A stretch of 63,406 nt of DNA, counting the filler, from Phoronis australis (taxonomy: Eukaryota > Animalia > Phoronida): NCBI GenBank assembly GCA_002633005.1. It is 3 parts of 3 records of this genome, joined end to end, with 100 filler letters (N's around TTAATTAATTAA, not from the genome) between each part and the next. Parts side by side here need not be neighbours in the genome. Positions count along the whole stretch, not along the records: positions 1 to 17,604 come from NMRA01001420.1; positions 17,705 to 44,942 come from NMRA01001069.1; 1 more part is not named here. The stretch is one strand, 5' to 3'. The stretch's first letter is position 1. The number at the start of each line of letters is the position of its first letter. A model generated the notes under the pieces. It saw nothing but the letters and a program-made list of their open reading frames with translations. It had not been told where the DNA came from and searched no databases. A program made the translations under genes and the position numbers. Positions 12,750 through 25,085 of the stretch are shown here, piece by piece.

Positions 12750-15460
12750 TTCAAATTATTAGAGATAAAAATCGACGATAACGAGTGCAATGATGGCCTC
12801 TGAGACGGTAGTTTGTCAATGTGAATTATAACAAGTAAATTATTTTTGCAGGGTGATACCTCACGGACAGGTCAAATTCTTCCTATTTTGATAACATTCC
12901 CCGGACTTAGCTTTCTAGAAATGTATTTTGCCGAGTTACTGAGGATGCCGTGGCGACGGAAATGCCAGTCTGCCTCACAGGGCTAATTTGCTGCCGGGTA
13001 TTTGTGTGTGATCTTGAAATAATAAAAAATGCAAGCCAGTTTTTACGTTAGCAGATTTTACCAATGTCGCTGGCAGTTCTTGTTGTGTGCCCTGGAGCTT
13101 AATTGAAATTTCTCGAGACTTAGCTTAGAAGAGCAGTAGGCGCTTACCGTATTTCCTAAAAAATCAATTGTGTTATAGACGAATACTATACGTGAATGTT
13201 TGCGGTAATAAGAAAGTAAATGACTGCAACAGTAAGAAATGCTATTACAATACAATTTCTTAGGGCAAACTGCTCCGCCTAGGCCTGTCTGTGTAGATAC
13301 AGTTTCCACCTACCTGTATAGCCACCCGCAATAATTTTGTTTCTACACTGGCCAGATTCAGCCGGAATAAAATTCTTCCCATAGAATTGAGCCTGAAAAA
13401 TTTAGTACGTGGTCGACTGGTGACTCGGGAAATGATAATTGGGGCTAATGTGAGGGGTTTGTACGGAGAGAAGAATAAAAAAGATTTCTAGAAGGTGGCT
13501 ACAGGGCCTGGAATATCGAGCCTAGTGACACGCAGTTCTGGGGAACATTAGGCCCAAGGAATGTCGGGCAGCAACGGGTCTTTTATAACCCAGGAGGTCT
13601 AAGTTCATTGTCAAGTAAATTAACACCTAGATCGCTGAAACTTATCTGGTATAGAGTCGAGCAGGCGTGCGTTCTGTTACGCTAGAACCTATGCTAGGAC
13701 CAAGCTAAAATCTAGCCAAAGTCACGTGTTCTCACTTAAAATTCATGACATTATCTCACGTCAAGAATCTCGCGAACTCTTGCTTTTTGGCAAGGTCCTA
13801 GCGTTACTGAATGGAAGGCCGGTATACTCTCTCAGTTAGCACTGTCGCTATTCTCGTTTGATGTGTGACTTTGAAGTGGCGCACGTGTATGTTCCCACAC
13901 TTGAATCGTTGGAGTGCATGTTACATTGACAGCAACATAATTACGCGAGTCACAGGTGACTCATACATATGCGCGTGCTCAGCCCGAGAAAGTATAGTAG
14001 GGCTGGAGAATTTGTTTGCTGTCTTGCCATAAAAAAGAGACGCATTTCCAAGTCACGGTCTGTCGGGACATTGCACGCAAACAGCGCGATCGACCAGTGC
14101 CGCAGTGAGATGATATTGTTGGGGATTTTGTAATAGGCCAATCAGGACAGCTTGCTGGAAAAATAAATATTTTTTCATCACAAATTCAGTAAGGTGGTCA
14201 CTAGTGAATGAAACATCGCTGTGACGTTTTTAATTGATCACAATGGTCCGAATTTTTTGTCGGCTAATCCAAAAATTTGCAAAAGTAGCCAAAAACACCA
14301 GCCAATGAAATGCGTCAAAGATCAGTTCTGAATTATCCAAAGACGTTATCCCATGTTCACGCAGCATGTTTACAACTCAATGAAGAGGGCCGAGTGTTCA
14401 ACTTGATTTGGAAACAACCAAATAACGGTCAGATTTGCTCAAGTGTCGGGTAACTACTTGCCGCCAAAATCTAGCCTAAGCTCGCGTTCTTGGGAATTTC
14501 CAGGTTGCGACTTGATATGAAATGACCTGTCGCGGCTCACATTTCAAAATTTCAGGTTGCCGAGTTCATTACAACCGACACCGAACTAGCGCGCACTCAC
14601 TGAGTAGGCATTGCTGGTTAGAGCTAGTCACTAACTTACCATGGCTACCGATTACCCGAATAATTGGCAATTTGTTTATAAGTTATTTTTACCAACAAAG
14701 ATACGTATACGAACTATTTTTCGCTCGACCCCCTACTGTACGAAGTATTTTTTCCCTAGGACCCTCAGTATACGGGTTCTTTAGACTCATCCTGAGTCAA
14801 AGTCATAAAATATCAAGCACATACTTGCTGTTGAGTAATACCCTTGCAGTAACTTTTGATTGACGACTAGCTTATGTCCGCTTAAATCCGATTCTCGTCT
14901 TCATTACATAGTGTGTTTCACGCAATGGCAAGTGAAGTTAGCTGTGCCGGGCGTTCGAGATAAGACATCCGAAATAAACCTTACGTTGACAATTCATTGG
15001 TGTGCGGAGTCTAGAACATAAGCATTCCCAACTATAAATAAAACACCTGAATTAGTTTTTCAAACATTTATTTCGTCAAACAACTCATTAATTGCTCTCA
15101 ACTCGGAACATTACAGCTAATACATACATAGTTCTACTCATGTCACGAGACCACTGTGGCCATAAATTTAATCCATATGATGTTACCTCTACAACACGTG
15201 AAGATTGCACGCGCGCACTTCGCCACGTGAGAATAGTTGCAATCAAAGTGGAGCGCTGTATAGTCATTTGTCGTCTGCGCACTACAGTCACCGGAATCAG
15301 CTCTAACAAGACTACGGGACGGCACGGTACTGTTACTCCGCACTTTTGTAAATTTATTCGTGTAGTACTAATCTGAGGGTAACAGAACCTTGTTGGGAAA
15401 ATCCGCTGTTATGACAATTTTACCGCCACTTGGCGACACACTGGAAAATCTTATCGCTAT
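12750..15460 (-). mobile_element. Diverged inverted relative of the internal region of 5535-7992, interrupted at ~14225-14880
   Basis: Reverse-complement matches: 12750-14220 to ~6370-7760 (e.g. TGGAGTGCATGTTAC(A/C)TTGACA) and 14900-15460 to ~5770-6290. Confidence 0.65.
14244..14580 (+). mobile_element. 3' fragment of the 20333-21124 hAT-like family
   Basis: Colinear with 20764-21110 (AAAATTTGCAAAAGT(A/G)GCC...AGCCAATGAAA...CAAAGATC). Confidence 0.7.
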
Positions 15461-16199
15461 TTCCACATCTTCTGCCGCCAAAAAGTGTGATCTGAAAAAC
15501 GACTTTTCGAGCTCTATGCTAGCGTAGTACAGCAAATAACGGATTCCGATCACCTGAATAGAATTGGCGCTTATTGATTTGTGTTCTGATATAAGAATGA
15601 AAATTTCCATTTTACCGATCCAAAAAGCTTCTACGAATTATTTTTTCTAACACAGATATGTGTACGAACTATTTTTCCTTCGGAAGCCTACTGTACGAAC
15701 TATTGGAGACAAACGGCATGTTTCAAGGGTCCTGTATGAACTAATGGAGTGTACTTATGTGTACTTATTCGTTGCTACAGTATTTCCTGATTTTCGCTCT
15801 ACATCGTTCATTAGTGTTATGGCATTCAAACTTTTGTACACATTATTCATTGTAAGAGAAAGCAAACAACCTCCAGACAGAGTGATATGGTTCTTTGCCT
15901 TGAGTCGTCAAGTTCATGGTAAATTGAGGGATAACAACAGCGAATTCCTACGAAGGAATCGAGCAAATGTCTGGACTAAAGTAATATGAATCTAGATTTG
16001 AACGGAGCGTTAACAGAAACATCAAATGGCTGAAGGAAACGGGTCATTTTGGCTGGAATTATCTTCACACCAATATTCAATGTTTGAAACTCTGCAGTTA
16101 CAGTTTCAGCCCAGTGACTCCGCTGTGTATTCATAAACAAAACAGATTTGTCAGTGTTGAAAAAAAGGACCTCGCCTCATCATTACTGTCTGTATGTAT

Positions 16200-16744
16200 T
16201 GCATCATAAGAGACTCGTTCATGGATTCCCTACCTGGACTTCAGTGTTGTTAATGGGTACATGCTTGATCGGTAAAGCATGAAAGCAGTCAAAGACGGAC
16301 TTACCGTTGGGCACATTCCAAGAGAGCTGGCTCAAATTTGTTATTTTTTCACAATACTCAGTATTCAAACCGACGTTCATAGAATTTCTGCTAAGCGACC
16401 TTGGGTGCGATCATCTTTGCCTCAAGGAGGTCTAGAAGTGTCATGCATATTAATTTTCTTGTTCCGCAACACAGATATTGCAACAATTAACGTTGTTAAC
16501 AGGTATCAAAGTATTCACATCAGTCCTTATAAGGACTACCAATCCACCCTGAAGGGCTGTTTCACTTACAAAAATACAAATCTCGCTTCACGCTAGTATT
16601 TACGTAGACAAAGTTCTGACTTTCCGTTTACCCGCCCCCTTTTTCCGAATAAACGCCCAGGCGTTTATTGGTGCCACTAAAATGCCTGAAAAATTTCATT
16701 TTCTGAATACACACCGAGGGGCTTATCTACGGAAAACCCTGGTA
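16200..16744 (+). mobile_element. Right part of a Tc2-type element with a HIRAN-like coding remnant
   Basis: ORF 16279..16596 contains TVGHIPRELAQICYFF...QGGLEVSC. Ends in a TIR-like GGGCTTATCTACGGAAAACCCTGG-TA. Confidence 0.55.
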
Positions 16745-17059
16745 GATATGGGAGCGCTAAGTCCCAAAAACAAGGGCTTGGAAATTTCTTTGTGGCACAA
16801 AACTACTCTGCTGAAAGACAAGTCTTGCCCATCATTCTATGATTAATAGAGTTGTCCCTTTCACATTTGCTGTCTTTTGCGATAAAAAACGAGACAGGCC
16901 AAGTTCAAATCGTCTGTCAAAACCTTGTGTGCAAACAGTGGGACCAACCAGTGCTGCCCTGCGGTATATGTTTTTCATCACGAAGTTTGGTGCGATAATC
17001 GTTTACAAATTACTTGAAACATCACTGCTTTCTGACGTTTTATCTCGTTTTATGCCGTT

Positions 17060-17385
17060 GTCCGAAATTGTCTTTGGCGCATTCGCAAAAGTAGCCGAGA
17101 ATACTAGCCAATGAAACATGCTAAAGATCGATTCAATATTATCCCATGTTCATGCGACTTGTTTATAAATCATTCGAGAGTGCTGTTCTCTGTTTGTTGG
17201 TTCTTTTGAATGTGATTTGGCGACAACCAACTTTTGTTTGCCAGATATCTGCCGAGAAGTGTAAAATCTCAGCTTGCATACTTTGGACATTGCAGGTCTC
17301 ATGTTGCGACGTGATACGAGCTGGCATTTCCAAACTTCAGGTTGCACATACGACCTACAGCTTGTTATGTCATGCGCTGCGCTGC
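17060..17385 (+). mobile_element. 3' fragment of the 20333-21124 hAT-like family
   Basis: Colinear with ~20770-21120. Confidence 0.65.
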
Positions 17386-17604
17386 AGTTGCTGCTGCCGC
17401 TGCTCGCACTAGTTGTAGTCTCGGCACAATTCAGACTCGGTACAGGCTTCCATTCTTGCCATTTCTTCATCAAACTCCGTGTTCTCCAGTCGCAGATTTC
17501 TGCCCAACAAGGTCCATTTCCAAATTGATTTTTTTCTGGTGCACTAATTGTGTAGCTTCTTTTCATATTGAACTCTGCCCAGTGCTTAATTAGTTGATAA
17601 TTAC

Positions 17605-17704
17605 NNNNNNNNNNNNNNNNNNNNNNNNNNNNNNNNNNNNNNNNNNNNTTAATTAATTAANNNNNNNNNNNNNNNNNNNNNNNNNNNNNNNNNNNNNNNN
17701 NNNN
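17605..17704. other. Artificial contig spacer
   Basis: 44 N + TTAATTAATTAA (stops in all six frames) + 44 N = 100 bp. Confidence 0.95.
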
Positions 17705-18190
17705 AGTGGGGATAATACATCGTTGGAATCATGGACGCCCTGGAATATTAGGAACCCCATTTTGGACACCCCTATTTTCGAAATCCTGGATAAAGTCCTG
17801 AATGGAACCAACAAGCCTGGTAAAACCAGCAAGCGTGCTAACCATGCAGCCAATAGGCAATTGCCCATTGGCGAGTGGCTAACAGAGGCTCGTATGATTC
17901 ACTGGAAGCTCGTCTACAGCCACTGGTTCTTTTTATCAGGGACTGAAATATGACAAGTGCTCAAGTAACTGCACTATACCACCAGAACTGAGCCAAAATT
18001 GGTTCAGAGATGGTAGTCATGCCATGTATTCACAAGTATGCCAGAAGCTTTATGGCTTTGGCCAAACCATTTATGTCAGGTTGCTAGAAGCACCTTTTGA
18101 GCATAGAAGGACCCTTGTGGACTGATTTAAAAAAAAAATAATTGCAGGCGGTCTGGTACCTCCAGCATACATAGTAATGGCTAGAGATTA

Positions 18191-20110
18191 CCGTATTCGC
18201 CCTAATAACCGCCCAGGGCACTTAGAAAAATTCATTTCGGGGGGGGCGCTTGTTGTAACCCACGGCGATTGAAACCGGGTCTCCGAAACAGGTGAAATCG
18301 GAAGCTAAGATTCACCATTTTTATGCTCTGTGACGTATCTGTTACCTATGACAGATTTTCTACAAAATTGTGGTGCATTGCTGCCAAACTTTCGTATTAA
18401 ATTAGAATCATTTTACAGAAAATTGTGCTGAAATCCCAAGGCGAAAACTCGCCGACTGACTGCCTCGCAATCGCCGATATGGCAACTTCAATGCTTGAAA
18501 AAAAAAGTAAAAGTTTTGACTCAAGAAGCAAATTACCTGAAATCGTCCTTAAGCTTTCTAAATAGCGTCCCTAAGATTTTTAAATTCCCGTGGAGTCTGG
18601 ATTAACAGCAGGTTAAGTACAAATCTGTGCTACATCGTGCCATCTATGATCGGCAACCAGTGTTCTCTACCACTGGTTTAGACTCGATGCGGCAATGAGT
18701 TTAAATTTTACCGCTTTGAGTTTGGAGAATGCGCGTCGAGTTTAAAAAGTGTCGCGCCAAGTTAAAACTTGTGCCTGCTTGGCACTTTTGCCCTCAGAAT
18801 CAAAAATGAGGGTGAATTTGCCAACAACAACCATAATTCCTAATGCTATGAGGCAGTTAACAATACATATATGACCCAATTTTTGTAATAATAGAGTGTG
18901 AATTATTGCTAACAAAATCTGAAGAAATTCTTTTTTTAACATAATTTTATGGTGTTAGCTACCTTACCTTAATAATTGACTGCCAGCAATATTATTTTAA
19001 CTTTAAAATTTTGCACTTAAACCTGTAAATTAACAATTTGATATGCTTAATTTAGAGGATTTTGATTTTGGCTCACATCTGGTGGTGAATTAGAACTTAT
19101 TCAACTGGACAGCAGGTGTCACTATAAACTAGGTCACACCAGATCACATGTTAGTTGTATTTGATAAGTAGAATTGATACTAGAATTGACTTATTTATTA
19201 TTAAAGGAACTTTTAACCTTTAGTTTGATTTTCTGAGTCTGTCATGAATGCTTTAGAAGACTTATGGTGAAAAATTGGTAGGAAAGTCAAAAAGTAGGTC
19301 ACACCAGTTCAGCATACATTTTTAAAACGTATATAAATACACAGTGACCATGTTGTGGCTAGGGAAAGAACAGTGTTTACTACTAACATAAAATTTGTGT
19401 GGAGTTTGGAATTTTTGTTGTGGAGAACACCGGGCAACATGAGAAATATCTCTGGATGAACACACATGTTGTTGTCACGTGACGTTTGTTTTGAAATTTG
19501 TCTGCATGCGTTAGTAAGCAGAGTGTGTGCGTATCACCAGTGTTCATTTGCCAGAGTAAACACAATCTAACGAGCTAGATCTGCATTTTATCTAAAGAAA
19601 TTAGCCCAAGCAGTAGGCCTAAAGCAGAACATATTTCATTCAGCACTTGCCGGTCTCGTGCTGAAAATGTGGACATTTGTCTCGGTAAGGCCCATATATG
19701 TTCGCCGTGTGGCTGGATGCGTAAATGACTATCTGACAGTTATTTTTTGGTGTAAGGGTGTGTAAGCATTCACTGTCTGAAGGGCACTACGTCTGTTCTG
19801 AAAGGCCAGACCATAGTGGTACACATTCCTCGCAAGATCAGCAAAATTTTTGGGTTCGTTTTGAGGCATGGCAGGAGTTTGAAGTGTATAGTCACGGCTA
19901 AATACCGACTTAGCGGCGAGGCTCGTGGTCTACAAATTCTGTGCACATCGATTTTTTTCAGGACTCAGATATTATTGATCAATTGAAGACGTTACTGTAG
20001 AATTTTAGGACTGCAGATAAGGCATTTTTCACACGTACACTTTCATGGGGTGGGCGCTTATTTTAACAGAGTCTGAAAACGTGTGGGGGTGCTTATTAGG
20101 GTGAATAAGG
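18191..20110. mobile_element. Tc2-type (CCGTA) non-autonomous element with HIRAN-like remnant; contains hAT insertion 18658-19432
   Basis: TA|CCGTATTCGCCCTAATAA...TTATTAGGGTGAATAAGG|TG. Colinear with 36227-38314. 19806-19950 translates QTIVVHIPRKISKIFGFVLRHGRSLKCIVTAKYR...GLQILC. Confidence 0.8.
18658..19432. mobile_element. Non-autonomous hAT-like element (same family as 5071-8278), 6-bp TSD
   Basis: GGCAAC|CAGTGTTCTC...GAGAACACCG|GGCAAC. The corresponding uninterrupted site is at ~36700-36730. Confidence 0.85.
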
Positions 20111-20332
20111 TGCTGATATTGAACTCATCTAGACATTTGCATCCAGTTTGGATTTAGTGTTGTGGAGAGCACTTAGTGATGCAATCACTACACAAATTGT
20201 AAGTTGATAATTTTCTGAGGATTGAAGTAGTGTATGCCTTTAAGGTTCTTCATTTGTGTATACTTTTACAGTTCTTCAGTAGTGTAAGCCTTCATGGTTC
20301 TTCAGTGGTGTATGACAATATGGCTCTTCAGT

Positions 20333-21124
20333 CAGGGCTCAACACTATTAAAATCGCCAGGTCGCATTTTGCGACCTAGCCAAAATCCCAGGTCGCATTT
20401 TCAAAATCCAGCTCACATTCATAAATGCCAGGTCGCAAAAATTTCCCAACATTTTTACGCGTCAAAATTGATTTTTTAGATCATTGAGAAAATGTTTAGA
20501 TTATGCTGTTACCTGCAGCAGTAAATACTCACAAATTTCAGATCGCAAAATTTATTTAGTTCATGCAGGTACGGTGTTACTGTTCTTCACGACCGCCATT
20601 GAAAGGCTCTAAAGCGCAAGGCAAGTTGCCGACGTGAAAGTTGAATCAGTGCTCTCTAACTGACACGTGCATTCGAGTAGCTAAGTTTGCGATGTGAAAA
20701 GGGAGAAAATGTCCGTTGAAAAAGTATCTGGGATTTTGATAGGTCTGACCAGCTTGTTATGCAGTGGCCCGAAACTTTATTCGGCGAATCCGAAAATTTG
20801 CAAAAGTGGCCGAAAGTGTTAGCCAATGAAACGTGTCAAAGATCGATTCTGCATATCAGACTAGCTTACAAATCACTGGGAGGGCTGTTCTCGGTTAGTG
20901 TTCTTTTGAACTTGGATTAGGCAACAACCAAATAACGGTCGGATTAACAAAAGAGTTGCTTCATATTTGCCATATATCTGCCAAGAAGTGTAAACACTGA
21001 GCTCGCATTCGTTGGAAATTTCAGGTCGCATTTTGCGACTTGATACGAGCTGACAAAAGTCTCAGCTCGCATTTCCAACTTTCAGGTCGCAAATGCGACC
21101 TGCAGCTCGTTATGTTGAGCTCTG
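20333..21124. mobile_element. Non-autonomous hAT-like element, 792 bp, 5-bp TSD TCAGT
   Basis: TCAGT|CAGGGCTCAACA...TGTTGAGCTCTG|TCAGT with AGGTCGCA subterminal repeats. Inserted in a degenerate ~26-bp tandem repeat (20228-20332, 21125-21205). Confidence 0.9.
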
Positions 21125-21279
21125 TCAGTGGTGTATGCCTTTATGGTACTTGATTGGTGTATACCATTATGGTTCTTCAATGGTGTATACCTACAAGGTT
21201 ATTCAGGCTCAACTTTTGATCTTTGATTGAAGTCAATTGTGCAAATGAACATCATAGCAAATACATGCATTTAACAGTG

Positions 21280-22067
21280 CAGTGGTAGATCTAGGATATC
21301 ACAAGGGGAGGCAACATTTTGTCTGTAAGCATTTGCTGAACCACAATTGTAGATGCGCATAGCACCGCCCAGGAAATTTTTCTGTTTTTTCCTCTGAAAA
21401 TCAAGCATTTTCCTTGATTCCTAAAGTATTATCCAAAAAAAAACACTGAGTACGTGTCAAACAGGGAAAACTGCAAATACCACAGACTCGAACTCACGAC
21501 CTTGTGGATAGAGTGCGCGTGCTTTGCCACTACACCACCACGATTTAACTCCTAACTTAATATTAAGAGACCAACATGTACTTGTTTATGGTCCAAAGCG
21601 TTTGCGCGCGAAACCTACTTCTTTTTGTGTTTTATATTTTGTCCAATCGGTTCGTAACAAATTTGTTGTATTTAAAATAGTCTTCAATTGCCCAAAAGAC
21701 CAAATCCGGTTTTCGTGTTGGCAATAATGACGGGATTGCTTTGTCTTAAGTTAAGGTTTGACAAAGAGAGAATTATGAGTTTCTGAGTGATTCACTAAGG
21801 CTTCTATTAAAATTCACATCTTACCAGCAGCTTCTGTTTTTTCATCATCACAGGTTGCATTTTCTTTAAAAAATGAAGTAATTTTCTTCATTGCACAGTG
21901 GAGCAGACGACGGAAACGGAGTCGTAGTGCGCAGCGCCACTGCTGGTCGCCTGGGATATCGCGGGAGAGCCTATACTTAGCCATAGTTCCGTTACGATTG
22001 TGCCGTGTTCCGAATTTGACTCTTGAAATTTGATCTAAGCCCCCTCCCAACACTAAATCCGCCTATG
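21280..22067. mobile_element. Non-autonomous hAT-like element, 5-bp TSD CAGTG
   Basis: CAGTG|CAGTGGTAGATCTAG...CTAAATCCGCCTATG|CAGTG. Minus-strand MKKITSFFK stretch is typical of transposase N-termini. Confidence 0.7.
21481..21542 (-). mobile_element. tRNA-derived SINE-like head
   Basis: Minus strand: A box TGGTGTAGTGG and B box GAGTTCGAGTC at tRNA-like spacing; no intact cloverleaf. Confidence 0.5.
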
Positions 22068-22318
22068 CAGTGAATTTTCTGCACTTCGATGGAGCATAGA
22101 ATATTGTTGTCATCACAGTGAACAGCAGGTGTTTCTGTCAACAGTGCCATGTGTTGTGGCAGTGCTTTGGCATTGTTTAATCAATAATACTGTTTTTCAG
22201 GTATTTGCTGTTTTGCCAGTACAAACGCTTCATTTCATATCCAGCCATATATACAAGTGTTCTCACAACCTGTTTTAATGTGTCCTGAGGCTATGCTGGG
22301 TTTCATCTAATAAGTGAA

Positions 22319-22534
22319 AAATATTGAGTAAAAATCTCTTTTCAAACCAAAGAACCATACCTTGACATGGTAAGTGTACAGCCGTTTCGTTTATATCTTA
22401 CGGACCTGATTTTCCACTGACAGAGGGCGCACCCAGTGGTGAATCAAGTCCATGAGATATGGATGAAACGGCTGTACACTTACCACATCAAATTACTGTT
22501 CTTTGGTTCCAAAAGGGATATTTATTCAATAGTT
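22319..22534. repeat. ~215-bp imperfect palindrome (foldback/MITE-like)
   Basis: Core arms TGGTAAGTGTACAGCCGTTTC / GAAACGGCTGTACACTTACCA, extending outward to TATTGA(G/A)TAAA...AACCAAAGAAC. Confidence 0.8.
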
Positions 22535-22692
22535 TTCTCTGAGGCCTGTTTGCCAACACTTGATGCACGATTGAATAACCCCGACACATTTGAATGACAA
22601 ATCGCCCCATGACCCACGTTTCAAACTTTGGTGTCTTCTTAACTACCGAAACTGGTCTGAAAGGCTCAACTAACTTTTCTGTTTTCATCCAG

Positions 22693-23249
22693 GTGAATAA
22701 AATTTTTGTTTTAAACTTAAATGACAATATTAATGAGAAAATGATTTCCAAACAAAACCTACAGGAAATGTTAAACCAGTGACTTGATTACTGCATTAGT
22801 TATATGCTTCAGTGTACACAACACCCAAGACCCTATCAAACCATATTAAAGAGACATTATTCTACAAAACAATAAAATCTGTTGTTTTTAGTGGTTTTGT
22901 TACAATTTCTCATGTCTGCCAGACATTCGTTGAAGCTGTCTATGACTTAACTGTTGTTCAATACACTTAAAATATTCTGGCATTTACTGAATGCAACTTG
23001 GCTCATCAAAGTGCTTAGCTGTGACTGTCAAGGTTCCTGGTTTGAATCCACTCAAGGGCTAATTTTGGGAAATCGTTTTCTCATTAATATTGTCATTTAA
23101 GTTTAAAACAAAAATTTTATTCACGAAGAAACAAGGTAAATGGACCGCTAAACATTGGTCACGGACTCATCAGCTACCTGGGTCAGCTGACATCTATATT
23201 TTGTCCGTAAACCGTGTTTGGTGGTCCGTTAACGGTGTTTCTTCGTGAA
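22693..23249. repeat. Two abutting inverted-repeat elements (22693-23124 with ~57-bp arms; 23120-23249)
   Basis: GTGAATAAAATTTTTGTTTTAAACTTAAATGACAATATTAATGAGAAAA and its reverse complement; TTCACGAAGAAACA / TGTTTCTTCGTGAA. Confidence 0.75.
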
Positions 23250-23407
23250 TGTGAGTCCGTGTCTCGTGTGGGTGAATGGATTGTGTTTTGCGAGTCCGTT
23301 CCCATGTTTGTGTGTCAGTGCACAGTGTTTGCAGGTACGTGAGTCGTGTTCATGCATCCGTGACCGTGTTTATGAGTCCGTTAACCGTGCAGTTTAGGTA
23401 CCTTGAT

Positions 23408-23587
23408 TGTAATGTGATGTCTGGTGGGCACTTTCTCGCTAGGCAGGGTCACTGTAATGTGATGTCTGGTGGGCACTTTCTCACAAGGCAGGGTCACTGT
23501 AATGTGATGTCTGGTGGGCACTTTCTCACAAGGCAGGGTCGCTGTAATGTGATGTCTGGTGGGCACTTTCTCACAAGGCAGGGTCAT
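23408..23587. repeat. 45-bp minisatellite, 4 copies
   Basis: Unit TGTAATGTGATGTCTGGTGGGCACTTTCTCACAAGGCAGGGTCAC. Confidence 0.92.
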
Positions 23588-24016
23588 TGATCGGATTCTG
23601 TGGTGGGAAGAATAATATGTCGCACTCGCTGTCCCAGGAAGGAGAATTTCTTGCCAACTTATGATTACTCTGCTGCAATACAAGTTATGACTGACGTTTG
23701 TCAAGTAGTGGCCTAGGGTTGCCATTTTCATGTTTGTTTTTTTGCAATAAAAGGAGACGTACATTCATGCACACCGTTAATTGACGATCGCATACCGGGA
23801 CCTTGTGCTCAAACAATGGGACCTACCAATGCTACAGTGATTTATTTTAGGGGATATTAGTAACCAGGACATCTTGCATGAAAAATAAATATGTTTTCCA
23901 CCACAGAGTTCAGTAAGTTTGTCGTCGTCAGATTTATTACAAAACGTTGCTTTTTTATGGTGTTTTTTTCTTGGGTGCAAATACATGGTTCACCGTGATT
24001 GAATCAGTAAGTAGCA

Positions 24017-24140
24017 GCCTATCACAGATCTACACCTCTGTTCAGTGTGTTAGGTTGGAAGGGTGCTTAATCTGAGTAGCACCCTATCACAGATCTACAC
24101 CTCTGTTCAGCGTGTTAGGTTTTAAGGGTGCTTTATCTGA
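24017..24140. repeat. ~65-bp direct duplication
   Basis: CCTATCACAGATCTACACCTCTGTTCAG...AGGGTGCTT(A/T)ATCTGA occurs twice. Confidence 0.8.
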
Positions 24141-25085
24141 CACAATTATTTTGGCTAGTTATCATGTTATCAATCACCATTGATGTCTAAAGTCAGCACT
24201 GTTACTATTTGAGGAAGTTTCTTAAGCAAACTACTTAATTTTTTTACTTTCCCTACCATTGATCAGCTGTTTAGGCTGTAGTTAGTGGGGTAATGTGACA
24301 AAGATGATGTCAAATGCATCAGTGGACTGTTAAATTAAGAACTTGAGAAGGGTTTCCAGTGGGGGCACGTCATAGGGGTGGGGGCACGTCATAGGGGTGG
24401 GGGGCATAATATGTGTAGTAATGAGTTAGTGGTTGTGTGGAATAAAATGAAAATAAGATGTGTTACACAGAAGCACAAGTATTTAACTTACTTAAAAGGC
24501 AGTTGGCTCATTTTACTCTCTCTTTAAACATTGACGACAGAGTGACCACCGCCACTAGTGTTTCTCATGTGATATCTAACTGTTGTAAAGTGTGTTTGTG
24601 CCAGCCTCATCGAGTTGAGGTAACGCTTCATCACAACTGTATAATTAATTTCATGTGTAAATAAGTGACACTATCTGACTAGTAATGAAATCCTGACTTG
24701 ATGCACTGTAATAGCCTTGAGGGTTCTTCACCAGAGATACACTTGGACAATAAGATTGGTAAAATTCCTCTCTGCAACTGGCTGTGAAGAGAAAAGCCAC
24801 TTGTTTGTTTGGACAGTTGTTGCTGGGCAATAACTGTTGTTGATATCATCACCATGGTAAATGTTTTGTTTTGTGTGGATTTAGTGTTGTCTTGCTGTAA
24901 TTAGGTGAATCCTGATTATCTCATTTCTGATATTTTTATCAATAACCATTTGTCAGTTGCAGGATGAGATGTGTGTCAACAAACACCTCAATTTTGTGGA
25001 GTATATGTATGGTGCCCCTTGGTTTTGGTGATTATTTGAAAATTGGGTGTACTCAGTGGCCCCGTCTCAGCAATGCCATAAGTAC

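Noticed and set aside
17649-17660. TTAATTAATTAA palindrome inside N runs (also 44987-44998)
   Set aside because: Six-frame-stop scaffolding linker, not biological sequence.
21481-21542. tRNA gene
   Set aside because: Only A and B boxes survive; acceptor and anticodon stems do not pair, so it is treated as SINE-like.
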